64,000 nucleotides of DNA, taken from assembly GCF_964213995.1 (NCBI RefSeq), contig NC_135815.1, positions 57,226,001 to 57,290,000 of the forward strand, written 5' to 3'. Under the pieces are notes generated by a model. The model made no database searches. It was not told where the DNA came from and worked only from the letters and a program-made list of their open reading frames with translations. The translations under genes were made by a program, and so were the position numbers. Positions 62,331 through 64,000 of the stretch are shown here, piece after piece; position 1 is the first letter of the stretch; each line of letters begins with the position of its first letter. The stretch comes from Mustelus asterias. Lineage: Eukaryota.

Positions 62331-64000
62331 GTTTTTTTTCCCCCCTAATAGTAGTGTTTAAATTTATTAAGGAGTTTTAATGGAGGGATATGGAGAAACT
62401 GATAAAAGAACAAAGTGACCTGTGAGAGATCAAATATTGAATTTGGGAGGAATGTCTTTAAACAGTAGTTTAATATAAAATTTGGTGTCATTGGGAACGG
62501 TTAAAGCAGATAGTATTGATCCATGCAAAGGGAGACTTGATGGAAGCACCAGGTAGGATCGTTGTTGGAGGGGAAAGAGAGCTGGTTAAAATGAGATAAT
62601 TCACAATTGTTACAATGCTAAAGGAGACCTTCGTGTTTACACCGGCTCTCCAAACGACTTAGTGCCATTCTCCTGCCTTTTCACTGTACCCTCACATATT
62701 GTTTCTATTCAAATAATCTAGACAAGTTGAAGGTTTTTTTTTGGAATATTATCATTTGCATAGATCAGTTAGAGTGGCTTGTTTTTGTACTGTAATTTTA
62801 TATAATTGTGTTGCTTTTGTATTATGCTGACTTGGGCCATGAAAAACTCCGAGCAGTCCAGTTCTTGATTTGTCCATTGTAAACTTCCTGAAAGCAGGTT
62901 TGCTTTGTAACTGTATTGGTGTTCAAAGTTCTTTCTCTAACAGTTGGAGCATTGAGATAGTAAATTAAAAACTATCTCACAAGCATATTACATAATGAAT
63001 TGAAAAAAGTTCATTGGTTTAAGTGTGTTATTTTGCTACTGTGTAATAATACATTAAACATGTCCTGTGAATGCTGTAAATAGAAAGTTGAAAATTCTGT
63101 CTTTCTGAGCAATCCCTAAAGACTAGCTCACCTGTCCAGTGCCTTTTTGCTCTGATCCCTGGAGTTTTCTAGCACTGAAACGTGATATAGGATGTCTCTG
63201 TCACATTTAATAGTATTTTTCTGCTTTTGCAGTTTCAGCACTTAAAAATATATCCTGATTTTGAGAATATGCTGCTTTTTCAGCCAATATTCCTTGTACA
63301 CCTTTCAAGCAAAGGGTCTATTTATTGGTTTCTATAACTAGAGGGGACCGATCTAACTATGTTAGCACTTTCGTTTCAAAAATTGTTCTGCTTTTTAAAA
63401 AAAAAATTCTTAGATGCAATTGACATTGGCAAGTCAGTGCCTAATGTCCATCCCAAAGCAAGTTGGCTTTTGTTGTGATTTTTAAATAATGCATGGACAA
63501 CTTGAGTGGTTCTTAGGAAAACTTATTGACATTTGTGTGGGCCTGGAATCTGGTGTAGACCACGTGGATTTATTGAATTAAATTTCCCACCAAACATTTG
63601 TTACCAGTTCAGTACACTACTCTTCTCATTGGATATTTAGGGATTAGTGTTTGCTGGTGAAACAACACAAACTCTGCTCTGAGAGTGCTTATTCTCTCAT
63701 TTGACTGGAATAATAAAGCAACACAAATGCGTGGATGAAAAATTGAAATTGACTGAGAAGTACTTCTGTCACGTTTCTGATTTCTGCTTGTAGAATTGAG
63801 AATGTCCATTGTGTGGGTATTAATGCTAATGCAGATCATGAAATAAATTGTTACTAGTTACATACAGTGGACAATTATTAACAAGAGTGTCTTGTTTTCT
63901 TTATTAATAGCATGAGTTGACAAATTTGCAGCAAATGAATTTATCACTTCAAGCTGTCCTTCAAATGGTTGTCTCCTTCAACAAGGTACGGTATTAGAAA

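Overview
Repeat-rich vertebrate genomic DNA, almost certainly from a shark or other elasmobranch (HE1-type V-SINEs, HER1/CR1 LINEs, a DeuSINE). It contains one complete protein-coding gene: Brachyury (tbxt/T) on the minus strand, with 8 coding exons from 42736 to 37238, a 1305-nt CDS (434 aa) and GT-AG introns throughout. Its proximal promoter has 2 TCF/LEF sites, 2 CCAAT boxes and a TATTTAT box. Bases 1-14.7 kb are a patchwork of a ~32-bp satellite, an unclassified G/T-skewed unit with a G-rich tract, CR1 LINEs, Harbinger-type MITEs, Penelope-like elements carrying minimal hammerhead ribozyme motifs, and a 200-N gap. Upstream of tbxt lie a decayed Gypsy LTR element and a CpG island with an altered tRNA-Val-like gene, probably the promoter of an unidentified neighbouring gene. 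The most interesting observations are a T-box-motif cluster 3' of tbxt (candidate autoregulatory notochord enhancer), a 238-bp inverted templated insertion at the apex of a 12-bp hairpin in a CR1 ORF1, a NAGNAG acceptor at tbxt exon 6, the hammerhead copies and the tRNA-like element. I found no convincing wholly novel coding system. Most ORF-track entries are repeat-derived or spurious. Repeat boundaries were read by eye and are approximate unless TSDs or TIRs are quoted.
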